A DNA stretch of 64,000 nucleotides from Alphaproteobacteria bacterium (GTDB lineage: Bacteria > Pseudomonadota > Alphaproteobacteria > VGEJ01), in the NCBI GenBank assembly GCA_965226045.1, contig CBDDBU010000024.1:68425-132424 (forward strand). The letters run 5' to 3'. Made by a program: the position numbers and the translations under genes. Shown here piece by piece: positions 38,384 through 47,632 of this stretch. The notes below the pieces were generated by a model that worked only from the letters and a program-made list of their open reading frames with translations, had not been told where the DNA came from and ran no database searches. Within the stretch, counting starts at the first letter, position 1. The number at the start of each line of letters is the position of its first letter.

Positions 38384-39604
38384 ATGAACGACCTACCGGC
38401 TGTTACGCCGGGTCACGGGCTCGATCTGCTCGGCGGCGTCTTGGTGGTCGACATGACCACTTCGATCGCGGGACCCTACGCCACGATGCTGCTCGCGGAT
38501 TTTGGCGCTCGGGTGGTGAAGATCGAGCGGCCTTCCGGCGGAGACGATTCGCGCGGTTGGGGACCGCCGTTTCTTGGCGATCAGTCCCTCTGGTTTTTGT
38601 CGGTGAACCGCAACAAGGAGAGTGTGGCGCTCGACATCGCCAGCCCCGAGGGATACGCAGTCCTGCTGGAACTCATAGAGCACGCCGACGTGGTCGTAAC
38701 CAATCAGCCGCCGCGCGTCCAGGCCAAGTTGGGGACCGACTTTCAGACGCTCAAGGCGGTAAAGGACGATCTCGTATTCGCATCGATCACGGGCTTCGGA
38801 TTGACCGGCTCTCGGGCCGACGGTGTCTGCTACGACCTCATCGCCGAGGGATACTCGGGCGTCATGGATCTTACCGGCGGGCCGGACTCCGAGCCGCAAA
38901 AGCTGGCCGTGCCGGCGGCCGACATGCTGGCGGGGCAGGACGCTGCCATGGCAGTCATGGCTGCCTTGGTCGAGCGTGGGCGCGGCAGGCGGCAACGGCT
39001 GATCGATGTCTCGCTCGTGGAGAGCATGACCCGGTTCTTATCCTGCCGTATCGTTCCTTATCTTGGCTCGGGCGAGGTGCCGCGCCGTTCCGGCGGCAAG
39101 AACAGTCCCATCGCGATCTACCAGGCTTTCGAGACGACCGATGAGCCCATCACCCTGGGCCTTGGAACGGACGCGATCTGGCATCGGTTCTGGAAGGCCG
39201 TCGGCAAACCGGAATACGGACTATCCGAGACGTACGCGACAAACACCGGTCGACGCGCTGGTCGTGAGGCGATCATCACCGAGATCCAGGCGGTTCTGCG
39301 GCGCCGCTCGCGGAAGTATTGGCTCAGGGTCTTCGCTGAGAACCGAATCCCAGCAGGGCCCATCAATCGAGTCGACGAAGCGGTCGAGGATGCCACTCTG
39401 CGTGAGCGCGGCCTCTTCTTCCGGCTCCGTGACGCCAGCGGGGCGGTGCCTCAGGTGGGGTTGGGGATCCATATCAACGGCCACGCCGCCGTGCCGCGCT
39501 CGCTGCCGCCCAGACTCGGGCAACATACCCGCCGCGTGTGCCGTGAATTGCTGGGATACTCTGAAGAACGAGTCTCTGAGCTTGAGCAAGCCGGCGTGAT
39601 CTGA
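38384..39604 (+). CDS. CaiB/BaiF family III CoA transferase
   Basis: AGPYATMLLADFGARVVKIE..GDD, NRNKESV..D, GYSG, R.LPPRLGQHT; the usual catalytic Asp site reads VCYDLIAEG. Confidence 0.92.
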   Translation: MNDLPAVTPGHGLDLLGGVLVVDMTTSIAGPYATMLLADFGARVVKIERPSGGDDSRGWGPPFLGDQSLWFLSVNRNKESVALDIASPEGYAVLLELIEHADVVVTNQPPRVQAKLGTDFQTLKAVKDDLVFASITGFGLTGSRADGVCYDLIAEGYSGVMDLTGGPDSEPQKLAVPAADMLAGQDAAMAVMAALVERGRGRRQRLIDVSLVESMTRFLSCRIVPYLGSGEVPRRSGGKNSPIAIYQAFETTDEPITLGLGTDAIWHRFWKAVGKPEYGLSETYATNTGRRAGREAIITEIQAVLRRRSRKYWLRVFAENRIPAGPINRVDEAVEDATLRERGLFFRLRDASGAVPQVGLGIHINGHAAVPRSLPPRLGQHTRRVCRELLGYSEERVSELEQAGVI

Positions 39605-39620
39605 ACGGAGGCCGGGAGCG

Positions 39621-40400
39621 GTGTCGTTCAATACCATCCTCTACGAAGAGCGCGGCCCTGTCGCCACGCTGACCCTGAACCGGCCCGACGACGGCAACAT
39701 GTTCACGGCCGACATGTGTCACGAGATCCGTAATTGTATCAACGAGATCCGGCGCGAGACGCGGACTCGCGTCCTCGTCATTACCGGTGCGGGCGAAAAG
39801 TTCTTCTGCATCGGCGGGCGCAAGGGGGGTCTGGAGGACACCCGCCTCTACGCCGGCGTTCTTCCCACGCTCGAGATGTACGAGGCGATCGACCGTCTAC
39901 AGAAGCCGGTGATCGCCAGCGTCAACGGCTCCGCCGTCGGCGGGGGCAATGTCCTGCAGATGGTCTGCGATCTGACGATCGCGAAGGCGAGCGCGATCTT
40001 TCGCCAAGTCGGCCCGATGATGGGGTCGTTCGATGCCGGCTACGGTACTTGGTACCTTGAGGATCTCGTCGGCAAGAAGAAGGCGAAGGAGATGTGGTAT
40101 TGCAACCATAAAATCCCCGCCGAGGAGGCGCTGCGTATCGGGCTCATCAACCGCGTCGTGCCGGATGATCTGCTGCGACAGGAGACCAGGAACTTCGCCT
40201 TCGAGGTGGCCGCGCGCGGAAGCTTCGCTCTGGCCTCGGTCAAGGCTGCCTTCAACGCGCGCCACGGAGGGGTCTCCGGCCTGGCGCGAATGGCGCACGA
40301 CCTTTTGTTGCGCGGTTATCTGGACGGCAGCGAGTCGAAGGAGCTGGGGGCGGCCTTCGCGGACCGCCGGGAGCCCGATCCGACGAAGTTTGGAAAATAG
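39621..40400 (+). CDS. MenB/BadI-type crotonase (C-C bond cleaving or forming hydrolase)
   Basis: GGGNVL..CDLTIA, QVGPMMGSFDAGYG, VGKKKAKEMWY. Confidence 0.85.
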   Translation: MSFNTILYEERGPVATLTLNRPDDGNMFTADMCHEIRNCINEIRRETRTRVLVITGAGEKFFCIGGRKGGLEDTRLYAGVLPTLEMYEAIDRLQKPVIASVNGSAVGGGNVLQMVCDLTIAKASAIFRQVGPMMGSFDAGYGTWYLEDLVGKKKAKEMWYCNHKIPAEEALRIGLINRVVPDDLLRQETRNFAFEVAARGSFALASVKAAFNARHGGVSGLARMAHDLLLRGYLDGSESKELGAAFADRREPDPTKFGK

Positions 40401-40406
40401 GAGCCG

Positions 40407-42077
40407 GTGCCCGCGTTTCTGACGTTGCATGATCCAAAGCGGGCCCGGGCCTATTACGACTCGGGCCTGTGGACGAGCGACACCTTCTACAGTTTGATGG
40501 TCGCGCACGCGGCTCGGGCGGGCGATGCCGTCGCTTTGCGGAGCGGTCGCGCGAGCTTGACCTGGGTGGAACTATTGCGCTGGGTCGAGAGCGTGGCGGC
40601 GGCCCTTCGCGCCGCAGGACTGACGATGGGTGATCGGGTATCGATGTGGTTGTCAAACCGCGTCGAGGCGGTGGTCACCTTTCTTGCCTGCTCGCGTGAG
40701 GGCTTCGCCTGCAATCCGTCGCTTCACCGCGCCTACGCCTGCCCCGAGGTCGCCGCGCTGCTGGCGCGGCTGAGGGCGGCAGCGCTCGTGACGGAGCCAG
40801 GTTGGGGGGCCGACCGTGACGAGCGCCAGCTCGATCGATTGCTTGCCGATCTCCCGTCCTTGCGTGTGGTCTGGCAGCCCGATGACTTCCCGAGGCGCGG
40901 CACCGGGTCGGATCGCGAGCCGTCGGATGACCCGGACAAGATCGTCTACCTGGCGTTCACGTCGGGGACCACCGGGGCACCGAAATGCGTCATGCACTCC
41001 GATAACACGCTGCTTGCGAATGCGCGCGATCTCGTCGCGGATTGGAAATTCGATGCCGAGACGCGCCTCCTCACCCTGAGCCCCCTCTCCCACCACATCG
41101 CCTGGGTGGCCGTCGGACAGTGGTTGGTCTCGGGCTGCCAACTGATCACCGACGATCCGCCTGCGGGCCACGGCAGGCTCGACTGGATCGTGGAAACGGG
41201 CGCGACCTACGTGATGGGGGTCCCAACCCACGCGATCGATGTTCTCGCGGAACAGAAGGCGCGCGGGGCGGATCGGATCGGCCAAGTGGAGGTTTTCTAC
41301 ATGGCGGGCGCCCCGATCCCGCCGTCGGTCGCCGAGACGTTGGCTCGCCAGGGCATCACACCGCAGAACGTCTACGGCATGACGGAGAACTCATCGCACC
41401 AGTACACCCATCGCGACGATGCGCCCGAGGTCGTCGTTGGCACCTGCGGTCGCGGAGGGCGCGCCTATCAGGTGCGCATCTTCGATCCTGACGATCCCGA
41501 CAAGCCACTGGGGCCGGGACAAGTCGGTGAAATCGGGGGTCGCGGGGCGACGCTGATGCTGGGGTACTTCGGCAACCAGGATGCCACCGAAGCGAGCTTC
41601 AACCGTGAAGGCTGGTTCCTCTCGGGCGACCTCGGTTCGCTCGATGCGCACGGCAATCTTAAGATCGAGGGACGCCTCAAGGATCTCATCATTCGCGGCG
41701 GCCACAACATCCATCCTGCTCGTATTGAAGCGATTGCCCTGCGGCATCCCGGCGTGCACAAGGCAGCCGCGTTTCCGGTGCCCGATGATCGGCTGGGAGA
41801 GAAGGCCTGCCTTGCAGTAACCGGCGTGGCGGACGGCCAGGCGCTTTTGGCGTTCCTTCTCGCCGAGGGGCTGTCGAAATACGATATGCCGGAGTACTTC
41901 GTTGCCATGGAGGCTTTGCCGTTGACGGCCAGCGGCAAGATCCTCAAGCGCGAGCTGGTCGAGATGCTGAACCGCGGCGATATCGCGCCGGAACCGTTGT
42001 TCTTCCGACCGGGTCGGGCGGCGGAAGGCATGGACGGGTTCGAGGAGAAACGCAAGTCTCAGTTCAAGGATGTCTGA
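40407..42077 (+). CDS. Acyl-CoA ligase (AliA/cyclohexanecarboxylate-CoA ligase-like)
   Basis: FTSGTTGAPK..MHS, YGMTE, SGDLG..GRLKDLIIRGG, LPLTASGKILK. Confidence 0.88.
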   Translation: MPAFLTLHDPKRARAYYDSGLWTSDTFYSLMVAHAARAGDAVALRSGRASLTWVELLRWVESVAAALRAAGLTMGDRVSMWLSNRVEAVVTFLACSREGFACNPSLHRAYACPEVAALLARLRAAALVTEPGWGADRDERQLDRLLADLPSLRVVWQPDDFPRRGTGSDREPSDDPDKIVYLAFTSGTTGAPKCVMHSDNTLLANARDLVADWKFDAETRLLTLSPLSHHIAWVAVGQWLVSGCQLITDDPPAGHGRLDWIVETGATYVMGVPTHAIDVLAEQKARGADRIGQVEVFYMAGAPIPPSVAETLARQGITPQNVYGMTENSSHQYTHRDDAPEVVVGTCGRGGRAYQVRIFDPDDPDKPLGPGQVGEIGGRGATLMLGYFGNQDATEASFNREGWFLSGDLGSLDAHGNLKIEGRLKDLIIRGGHNIHPARIEAIALRHPGVHKAAAFPVPDDRLGEKACLAVTGVADGQALLAFLLAEGLSKYDMPEYFVAMEALPLTASGKILKRELVEMLNRGDIAPEPLFFRPGRAAEGMDGFEEKRKSQFKDV

Positions 42078-42780
42078 CGGTCAGATCATCGTGACCGGCG
42101 GCAGCAGGGGCATTGGCGCCGCGATCGCGTCCGAGCTCGCCGGCCGTGGCCGTGCGGTGGTATGCCTGTCGCGCTCAGGGGTGGCGCCCGCCGGCCACAG
42201 CATCGCCTGCGACATGACCGATGAGATGACCGTGCGGGCGGCGTTGGCCGAGGTGGCGCGTTCAGGTCCCATCACCGGTCTGATCAACAATGCCGGCCTC
42301 CATTTGCGCGGGCCGGCCGCTGAGCTCTCGACCACCGATTACGAGCAGGTCATGGCGCTGAACGCGACCGCGGTCATGGTCGCATCGCGCGAGGCCTACC
42401 CTCATCTGAGGGCGGCAGGCGGCGGGATCATCGTCAATATCGGCTCGTTCTTCGACAAGTTGGGAGTTCGCGACAACCTCGCCTATAGCGCCTCGAAGGC
42501 CGCCGTGGGAGCGATCACGCGATGCTTGGCGGCCGAATGGGCCCGGGAGGGAATCGCGGTCGTGAACGTGGCGCCCGGCTACATCGAGACCGATCTCAAC
42601 CGTGATTTCTTGGTTTGCGAAGGCGTCAGGCGGTGGACCGAGAAGCGCATTCCGGTCGGGCGGGTCGGGCGGCCCCAGGAGGTGGCGCGCCTTGTCGCCG
42701 CATTGGTCATTGAGAACATCTCGTTCCTCACCGGCGAGACCATCTATCTCGACGGCGGCCAGGGGATGAGCCACGGGTGA
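42070..42780 (+). CDS. Short-chain dehydrogenase/reductase
   Basis: TGGSRGIG, NNAG, YSASK, APGYIETD. Confidence 0.92.
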   Translation: MSDGQIIVTGGSRGIGAAIASELAGRGRAVVCLSRSGVAPAGHSIACDMTDEMTVRAALAEVARSGPITGLINNAGLHLRGPAAELSTTDYEQVMALNATAVMVASREAYPHLRAAGGGIIVNIGSFFDKLGVRDNLAYSASKAAVGAITRCLAAEWAREGIAVVNVAPGYIETDLNRDFLVCEGVRRWTEKRIPVGRVGRPQEVARLVAALVIENISFLTGETIYLDGGQGMSHG

Positions 42781-43943
42781 AAATCTTCGAGCAACTCGAT
42801 CGCTGGCGGAACTGGGAGGGTACAGAGCGCATCGTCCTCGATCAGGTCCGGCGCGTCGCCGACGAGATCATCGGCCCGAACGCCGCGCCCCACGACCAAA
42901 GCGGGGGGTTCCCTTGGGACAATATCCGTGCTCTCAACGAGCTCGGACTGAACGCCATCTTCGTGCCCGAGGCCTATGGCGGCGCTCCGGCGCGGTATCG
43001 GCTGTACCTTGAGTGCGTGTCGATCATCTCCGAGGCCTGTGCGTCGACTGGCATCACCTACGCGACCAGCTTCCACGGCATGACGCCGCTGATCGAGTTC
43101 GGCACGGCGGATCAAAAATCTCGACTGCTGCCCCGCATTGCCCAGGGCGGACTGGCTTCCCTGGCGATCACCGAAACTGCGGCGGGATCCGATGCCACAG
43201 CGATGAAGACCCGGTTCGAGCCCGAAGACGATGCGATCGTGGTGACCGGGTCCAAGCTCTTCATTACCAGCGGCGACGTGGCTGATCTGATCCTCCTGTT
43301 CGGCAAGTGGTCCGAGATAGACGATGCCAGAGGCGCGCTCTCTGCATTGGTATTTGAGAAGGGGACTGAAGGTTTCGAGGTCGCGCGCAGGGAAAACAAG
43401 ATGGGGCACCGCGCGTCCTCGACGGCCGCCATCTCGTTTGACGGTTGCCGCGTTCCCCGCGCCAATCTGCTGGGCGCGCCGGGTGATGGACTGGAGATTC
43501 TGCTCGCCTCGCTGAACAGGTCGCGCCCCAGCATCGCCGCCCATGCCGTCGGTATCGCACGGGCCGCGTTCAAGGACATGGTCGCCTACATGAATGAACG
43601 TGCCCAGTCGGGTCGCAGCATAATCGAGTTCCAGGGCAACCAGTTCATGCTCGCCGACCTCGCCAGCGAGCTCGCGTTGGTGGAGAGCTGGCTCGACCAC
43701 GTCGCGGACCTGGTCGACGGCGCCGAGCCCGATTTCGGCATCGCCGCTTCTATCGCCAAGCTGCGTGCTTCCGACCTCGCCATGCGCATGACCACTGAGG
43801 CGGTCCAGATGCATGGCGGATACGGCTACTGCGCCGACTACCGTGTCGAGCGCCTCATGCGGGATGCCAAGATCACGCAGATCTGGGAGGGGACCAATCA
43901 GGTACACCGCCAGCTCATCGGCAGGAGCTTCAGGGCCAAATGA
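42777..43943 (+). CDS. Acyl-CoA dehydrogenase
   Basis: AITETAAGSD, GSKLFIT, KMG.R.S.T, HGGYGY..RDAKITQIWEGTNQV. Confidence 0.93.
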   Translation: MKIFEQLDRWRNWEGTERIVLDQVRRVADEIIGPNAAPHDQSGGFPWDNIRALNELGLNAIFVPEAYGGAPARYRLYLECVSIISEACASTGITYATSFHGMTPLIEFGTADQKSRLLPRIAQGGLASLAITETAAGSDATAMKTRFEPEDDAIVVTGSKLFITSGDVADLILLFGKWSEIDDARGALSALVFEKGTEGFEVARRENKMGHRASSTAAISFDGCRVPRANLLGAPGDGLEILLASLNRSRPSIAAHAVGIARAAFKDMVAYMNERAQSGRSIIEFQGNQFMLADLASELALVESWLDHVADLVDGAEPDFGIAASIAKLRASDLAMRMTTEAVQMHGGYGYCADYRVERLMRDAKITQIWEGTNQVHRQLIGRSFRAK

Positions 43944-44821
43944 CGACGGACGTCAGGACCGTTGGGGTATGTGGGGCCGGCGGGACGATGGGGGCGGGCA
44001 TAGCCATCGTGGCCGCACGGGCGGGCTTCGCGACCGTATGCTTCGACATCTCAAGTGAAGCGTTGAACCGCGTCCGCAGTCAGACTGAGGGTTTTTTCGA
44101 GAAATCGGTGGAGCGCGGCAAAATGAGCGCCGAGGCGAGAGCGGCTGCCCTTGCCCGAATGACGCCGACGACCGAGCTCGAAGGGCTCGGCGAGTGCGAT
44201 CTGATCGTCGAGGCGGTGGTCGAGGACCTCGGCGCCAAGCAGGGGCTGTTCGCTCGGTTGAACGCGGTTTGCCCCGCGCACGCCATTTTCGCGTCGAACA
44301 CCTCGACCCTGTCCATCACCGAGATCGCCTCGGGCTGCGGGCGCGAGGACAGGGTGGTTGGCATGCACTTCTGTTTGCCGGCGCCGCTGATGAAGCTGAT
44401 CGAGATGTCCTCTGGCCTGAACACCTCGCAGGAGGCGATGGCGGCGGCCTGGGCCTGGACGGAGGCCGCCGGCCAAAGACCCGTCAGAACCCAGGATCGG
44501 CCCGGCTTCATCCTCAACGCGCTTGTGGTCCCCTTCAACAACGACGCCATCCGCGCCGTCGAGGCCGGTGTCGCCACGCCCGGCGACATCGACAAGGCGA
44601 TGAAGGTCGGCCTCGGCTACAGGATGGGGCCGCTTGAACTGGTCGACCTGATCGGCCTCGACACGCAAATCCGCTTATGCGAGGCGTTCTATTCCACAAC
44701 TTTGGATCCGCGCGCCGCGACGCCGCCCCTGTTGCGCCGTATGGTGGCGGCGGGCCGGCTCGGCCGCAAATCGGGCCGCGGTTTCTATGCCTATGAAGGC
44801 AACGCGATGTACGGAGGATAG
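43940..44821 (+). CDS. 3-hydroxyacyl-CoA dehydrogenase
   Basis: GAGGTMGAGIA, EAVVE, ASNTS, GMHF..P..LIE, GFILN, GPLEL.D.IGLD, GRKSGRGFY. Confidence 0.92.
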   Translation: MTTDVRTVGVCGAGGTMGAGIAIVAARAGFATVCFDISSEALNRVRSQTEGFFEKSVERGKMSAEARAAALARMTPTTELEGLGECDLIVEAVVEDLGAKQGLFARLNAVCPAHAIFASNTSTLSITEIASGCGREDRVVGMHFCLPAPLMKLIEMSSGLNTSQEAMAAAWAWTEAAGQRPVRTQDRPGFILNALVVPFNNDAIRAVEAGVATPGDIDKAMKVGLGYRMGPLELVDLIGLDTQIRLCEAFYSTTLDPRAATPPLLRRMVAAGRLGRKSGRGFYAYEGNAMYGG

Positions 44822-44826
44822 GCCCA

Positions 44827-45453
44827 ATGCACTACCAGATCGTCAGACGGGGCCAAAGCCGCTCCTTCCCCGATGGCGATCCGTTCCTCGCGGCGGCGGT
44901 CGAGACGGCTGCGGTCGTGCTCTACCTCGGCGTGGCGCCGGTCGCCGACCGAACCAGAGCGGCCATCCTGGTCGAGCTTGGGATGGAGTGCCTGGGCGTC
45001 CACACAAACGAGGAGGCTGGCGAGGAAGGTTCCAACATGTTGGGGTTCGGGCGCTATCGTAACGGCGACGACGACCCGTCCAGGCTTATCGAGCTGGTCC
45101 GCCAGCCGCGTTCGCGATCCTCAGCCATCGAGGCGGCGACCGCGGTGTTCGAGGCCGCCGGATTCGAGGTCGTTTTGTGCGGCGACCAGGCCGGCCGCAT
45201 CGTTGATCGCCTGGTACGCCCCAAATACAACACGGTCCTGCGCTTCCTCGATGAAGGGCTGGCGACCGCCGAGGACTTGGACCTGACCTGCCGACTGGGG
45301 CTCGGCTATCCAGATGGCCTCATCGAACGCGTAGAACGTGGCGGTTTGATCCACCACTACGAGGCCACCCGGGCTCTGTTCGAGGTTTACGGAACGTCGG
45401 CCTATGCGCCGGCCCGTCGCGCCGTGGTCGCCAAGGCGCGGGAGCGGCGGTGA
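44827..45453 (+). CDS. 3-hydroxyacyl-CoA dehydrogenase-like protein lacking the Rossmann motif
   Basis: C-terminal domain (GRIVDRLV..N..LRFLDEGLATAEDLD..LGLGYP); no GxGxxG or HF motif. Confidence 0.75.
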   Translation: MHYQIVRRGQSRSFPDGDPFLAAAVETAAVVLYLGVAPVADRTRAAILVELGMECLGVHTNEEAGEEGSNMLGFGRYRNGDDDPSRLIELVRQPRSRSSAIEAATAVFEAAGFEVVLCGDQAGRIVDRLVRPKYNTVLRFLDEGLATAEDLDLTCRLGLGYPDGLIERVERGGLIHHYEATRALFEVYGTSAYAPARRAVVAKARERR

Positions 45454-46574
45454 TGGCTGGGCCGCTCTCCGGGACGCGCATCCTCGATTTTACGACCCTG
45501 TTGCCAGGGCCCGTCGCCACTTTGCTTCTGGCCGAGGCGGGGGCCGAAGTGATCAAGATCGAGCGCCCCGGCCGCGGCGAGGAGATGCGGTCTTACACCC
45601 CAAAATGGGGATCGGACAGCGTGAACTTCGCCATGTTGAACAGGGGCAAGCGCAGCCTTGCGCTCGATCTCAAGGATCCGGCGACGCGGGCGCGGCTGAG
45701 GGGGTTAATCAAGACCGCCGATGTCTTGGTCGAGCAATTCCGGCCCGGGGTCATGGCGCGGCTGGAGCTCGGCTACGAATCAGTCGCCGAGATCAATCCC
45801 CGAATGATCTACTGCTCGATCAGCGGGTATGGCCAGACTGGCGCGAAGAGCGATGTCGCAGGACACGACCTCAACTACATTGGCGATGCCGGCCTGCTCT
45901 CGCTCAGCATGGGATCGGCGGAGCATCCGGTCATTCCGCCGGTGCTGATCGCCGACATTGCCGGTGGCGCCTACCCCGCGGTCATGAACATCCTGCTAGC
46001 GCTGCGCGAACGCGATCGGACCGGCAGGGGTTGCTGGCTCGATATCGCCATGGCCGACAACGTATTCCCCTTCCTCTACTGGGCGATTGGCAATAGCCGT
46101 GTCGCCGGACAGTGGCCCCGCAACGGCGATGAGCTGGTGACGGGAGGCTCGCCGAGGTATCAGCTCTACCCGACCTCCGACCATCGGTTTGTCGCCGCAG
46201 CGCCGCTTGAGCAGAAGTTCTGGGAGGCGTTCGCGGACGCGATCGGGCTCGAGGCCGAGCGGCGCGACGATGCGCGCGATCCGTCCGCGACCAGGCGACA
46301 CGTCGCCCACATCATACGGGGCCGAACGGCCGATCATTGGGAGCCGCGGTTGAGGGCGGCCGACTGCTGCTGCTCGATTGTGCGGACATTGGCGGAAGCG
46401 CTCGCCGATCCGCACTTCGCCGGGCGTGGCATCCACGCCGAGACGCTTCTGAACGATGCCGGCGAAGAAATACCGGCGCTCCCGGTTCCCATCGTCCCCG
46501 GCTTTCGTGCCCGCCGAGGAGAGGCGCTGTCGGCCCCGGCGCTCGGCGCCGACAACAAGGAGCTGCTCTCATAA
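45450..46574 (+). CDS. CaiB/BaiF family III CoA transferase
   Basis: LPGPVATLLLAEAGAEVIKIE, NRGKRS, FRPGV, GHDLNY. Confidence 0.92.
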   Translation: MMAGPLSGTRILDFTTLLPGPVATLLLAEAGAEVIKIERPGRGEEMRSYTPKWGSDSVNFAMLNRGKRSLALDLKDPATRARLRGLIKTADVLVEQFRPGVMARLELGYESVAEINPRMIYCSISGYGQTGAKSDVAGHDLNYIGDAGLLSLSMGSAEHPVIPPVLIADIAGGAYPAVMNILLALRERDRTGRGCWLDIAMADNVFPFLYWAIGNSRVAGQWPRNGDELVTGGSPRYQLYPTSDHRFVAAAPLEQKFWEAFADAIGLEAERRDDARDPSATRRHVAHIIRGRTADHWEPRLRAADCCCSIVRTLAEALADPHFAGRGIHAETLLNDAGEEIPALPVPIVPGFRARRGEALSAPALGADNKELLS

Positions 46575-47632
46575 GGGCCGTCGTCGTCGACGAGTTCACG
46601 CGGTTTGATCGCGCGTCCTTTCGCGACCTGCCCGATCCGGTGCCGGGTGCTGGCGAGGTCGTCGTCGCGGTCAGCGCCGCGGAGGTGAATTATCCGGACA
46701 TCCTGGTGATCGAAGGCAAATACCAAGTCAGGCCGCCGCTTCCCTTCTCGCCCGGCAAGGCCGCCGCGGGGGTTGTCGAGGCGGTCGGGGATGGCGTTCG
46801 CGGCGTGAAGCCGGGCGACCGGGTCGCGGTCCAGGTGGAGTACGGTGCCTATGCCGAAAAGCTGCGCGCGCCGGCGGCGAATTGCTACCCCTTGCCAGAG
46901 GCCCTGAGCTTCGACCAGGGGGCGGCGTTAGGGCTCGTGTATCAGACGGCCCACTTCGCGCTGCTCGACCGCGCTCGTCTCAAGGCGGGTGAATCCGTCC
47001 TCGTGCTCGGCGCTTCGGGCGGGATCGGCACGGCGAGCACGCAACTGGCGAAAGCTCTCGGTGCGGGCCAGGTGATCGCGGGCGTGTTGGGCAGCAAAAA
47101 CGCGCGGGTGGCCCTGCAGATCGGTGCCGATTGCGTCGTCGATCTCGAGATCGACGATCTACGGGATGGACTACGTGACGAGGTTCGGAAACTCACCGAT
47201 GGCCGCGGCGTCGATATCGTCATCGATCCGGTCGGCGGGCCGGCGACCGAAGCGGCGCTGCGCTGTCTAGCCTGGCGCGGCCGCATCGTGATCATCGGCT
47301 TCGCCGCCGGCTTCATACCGCGCATCGCGGCGAACTACCTGCTGGTCAAGAACATATCGGTGGTCGGCCTTCAGTGGTCAGACTACCGCGAGCGCGACCC
47401 GGGCTGGGTCGCCCGTGTCCAGGACCAGATTTTCGCCCTCGCCAGTGCCGGCCAGATCGATCCTTACATCAGCAGGATCATGCCGCTCGAACGATACGCC
47501 GATGCGTTGAGTCTTCTCCGTGACGGCAGGGCGCAGGGGAAGATCATCCTCTCAGTCGAATCTTCCGGGCCGGGCCCGGGGCGCGAACGAGAGACCGAGC
47601 CAGCGCGCCATCGGACGGAGCAAAAGCCATGA
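46571..47632 (+). CDS. NADPH:quinone oxidoreductase (zeta-crystallin) family, with an apparent ATA start
   Basis: VNYPD..YQVRPPLPFSPG, LVLGASGGIG, DPVGG, LLVKNI; AAGGAG 8 nt before ATA at 46571. Confidence 0.82.
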   Translation: MRAVVVDEFTRFDRASFRDLPDPVPGAGEVVVAVSAAEVNYPDILVIEGKYQVRPPLPFSPGKAAAGVVEAVGDGVRGVKPGDRVAVQVEYGAYAEKLRAPAANCYPLPEALSFDQGAALGLVYQTAHFALLDRARLKAGESVLVLGASGGIGTASTQLAKALGAGQVIAGVLGSKNARVALQIGADCVVDLEIDDLRDGLRDEVRKLTDGRGVDIVIDPVGGPATEAALRCLAWRGRIVIIGFAAGFIPRIAANYLLVKNISVVGLQWSDYRERDPGWVARVQDQIFALASAGQIDPYISRIMPLERYADALSLLRDGRAQGKIILSVESSGPGPGRERETEPARHRTEQKP

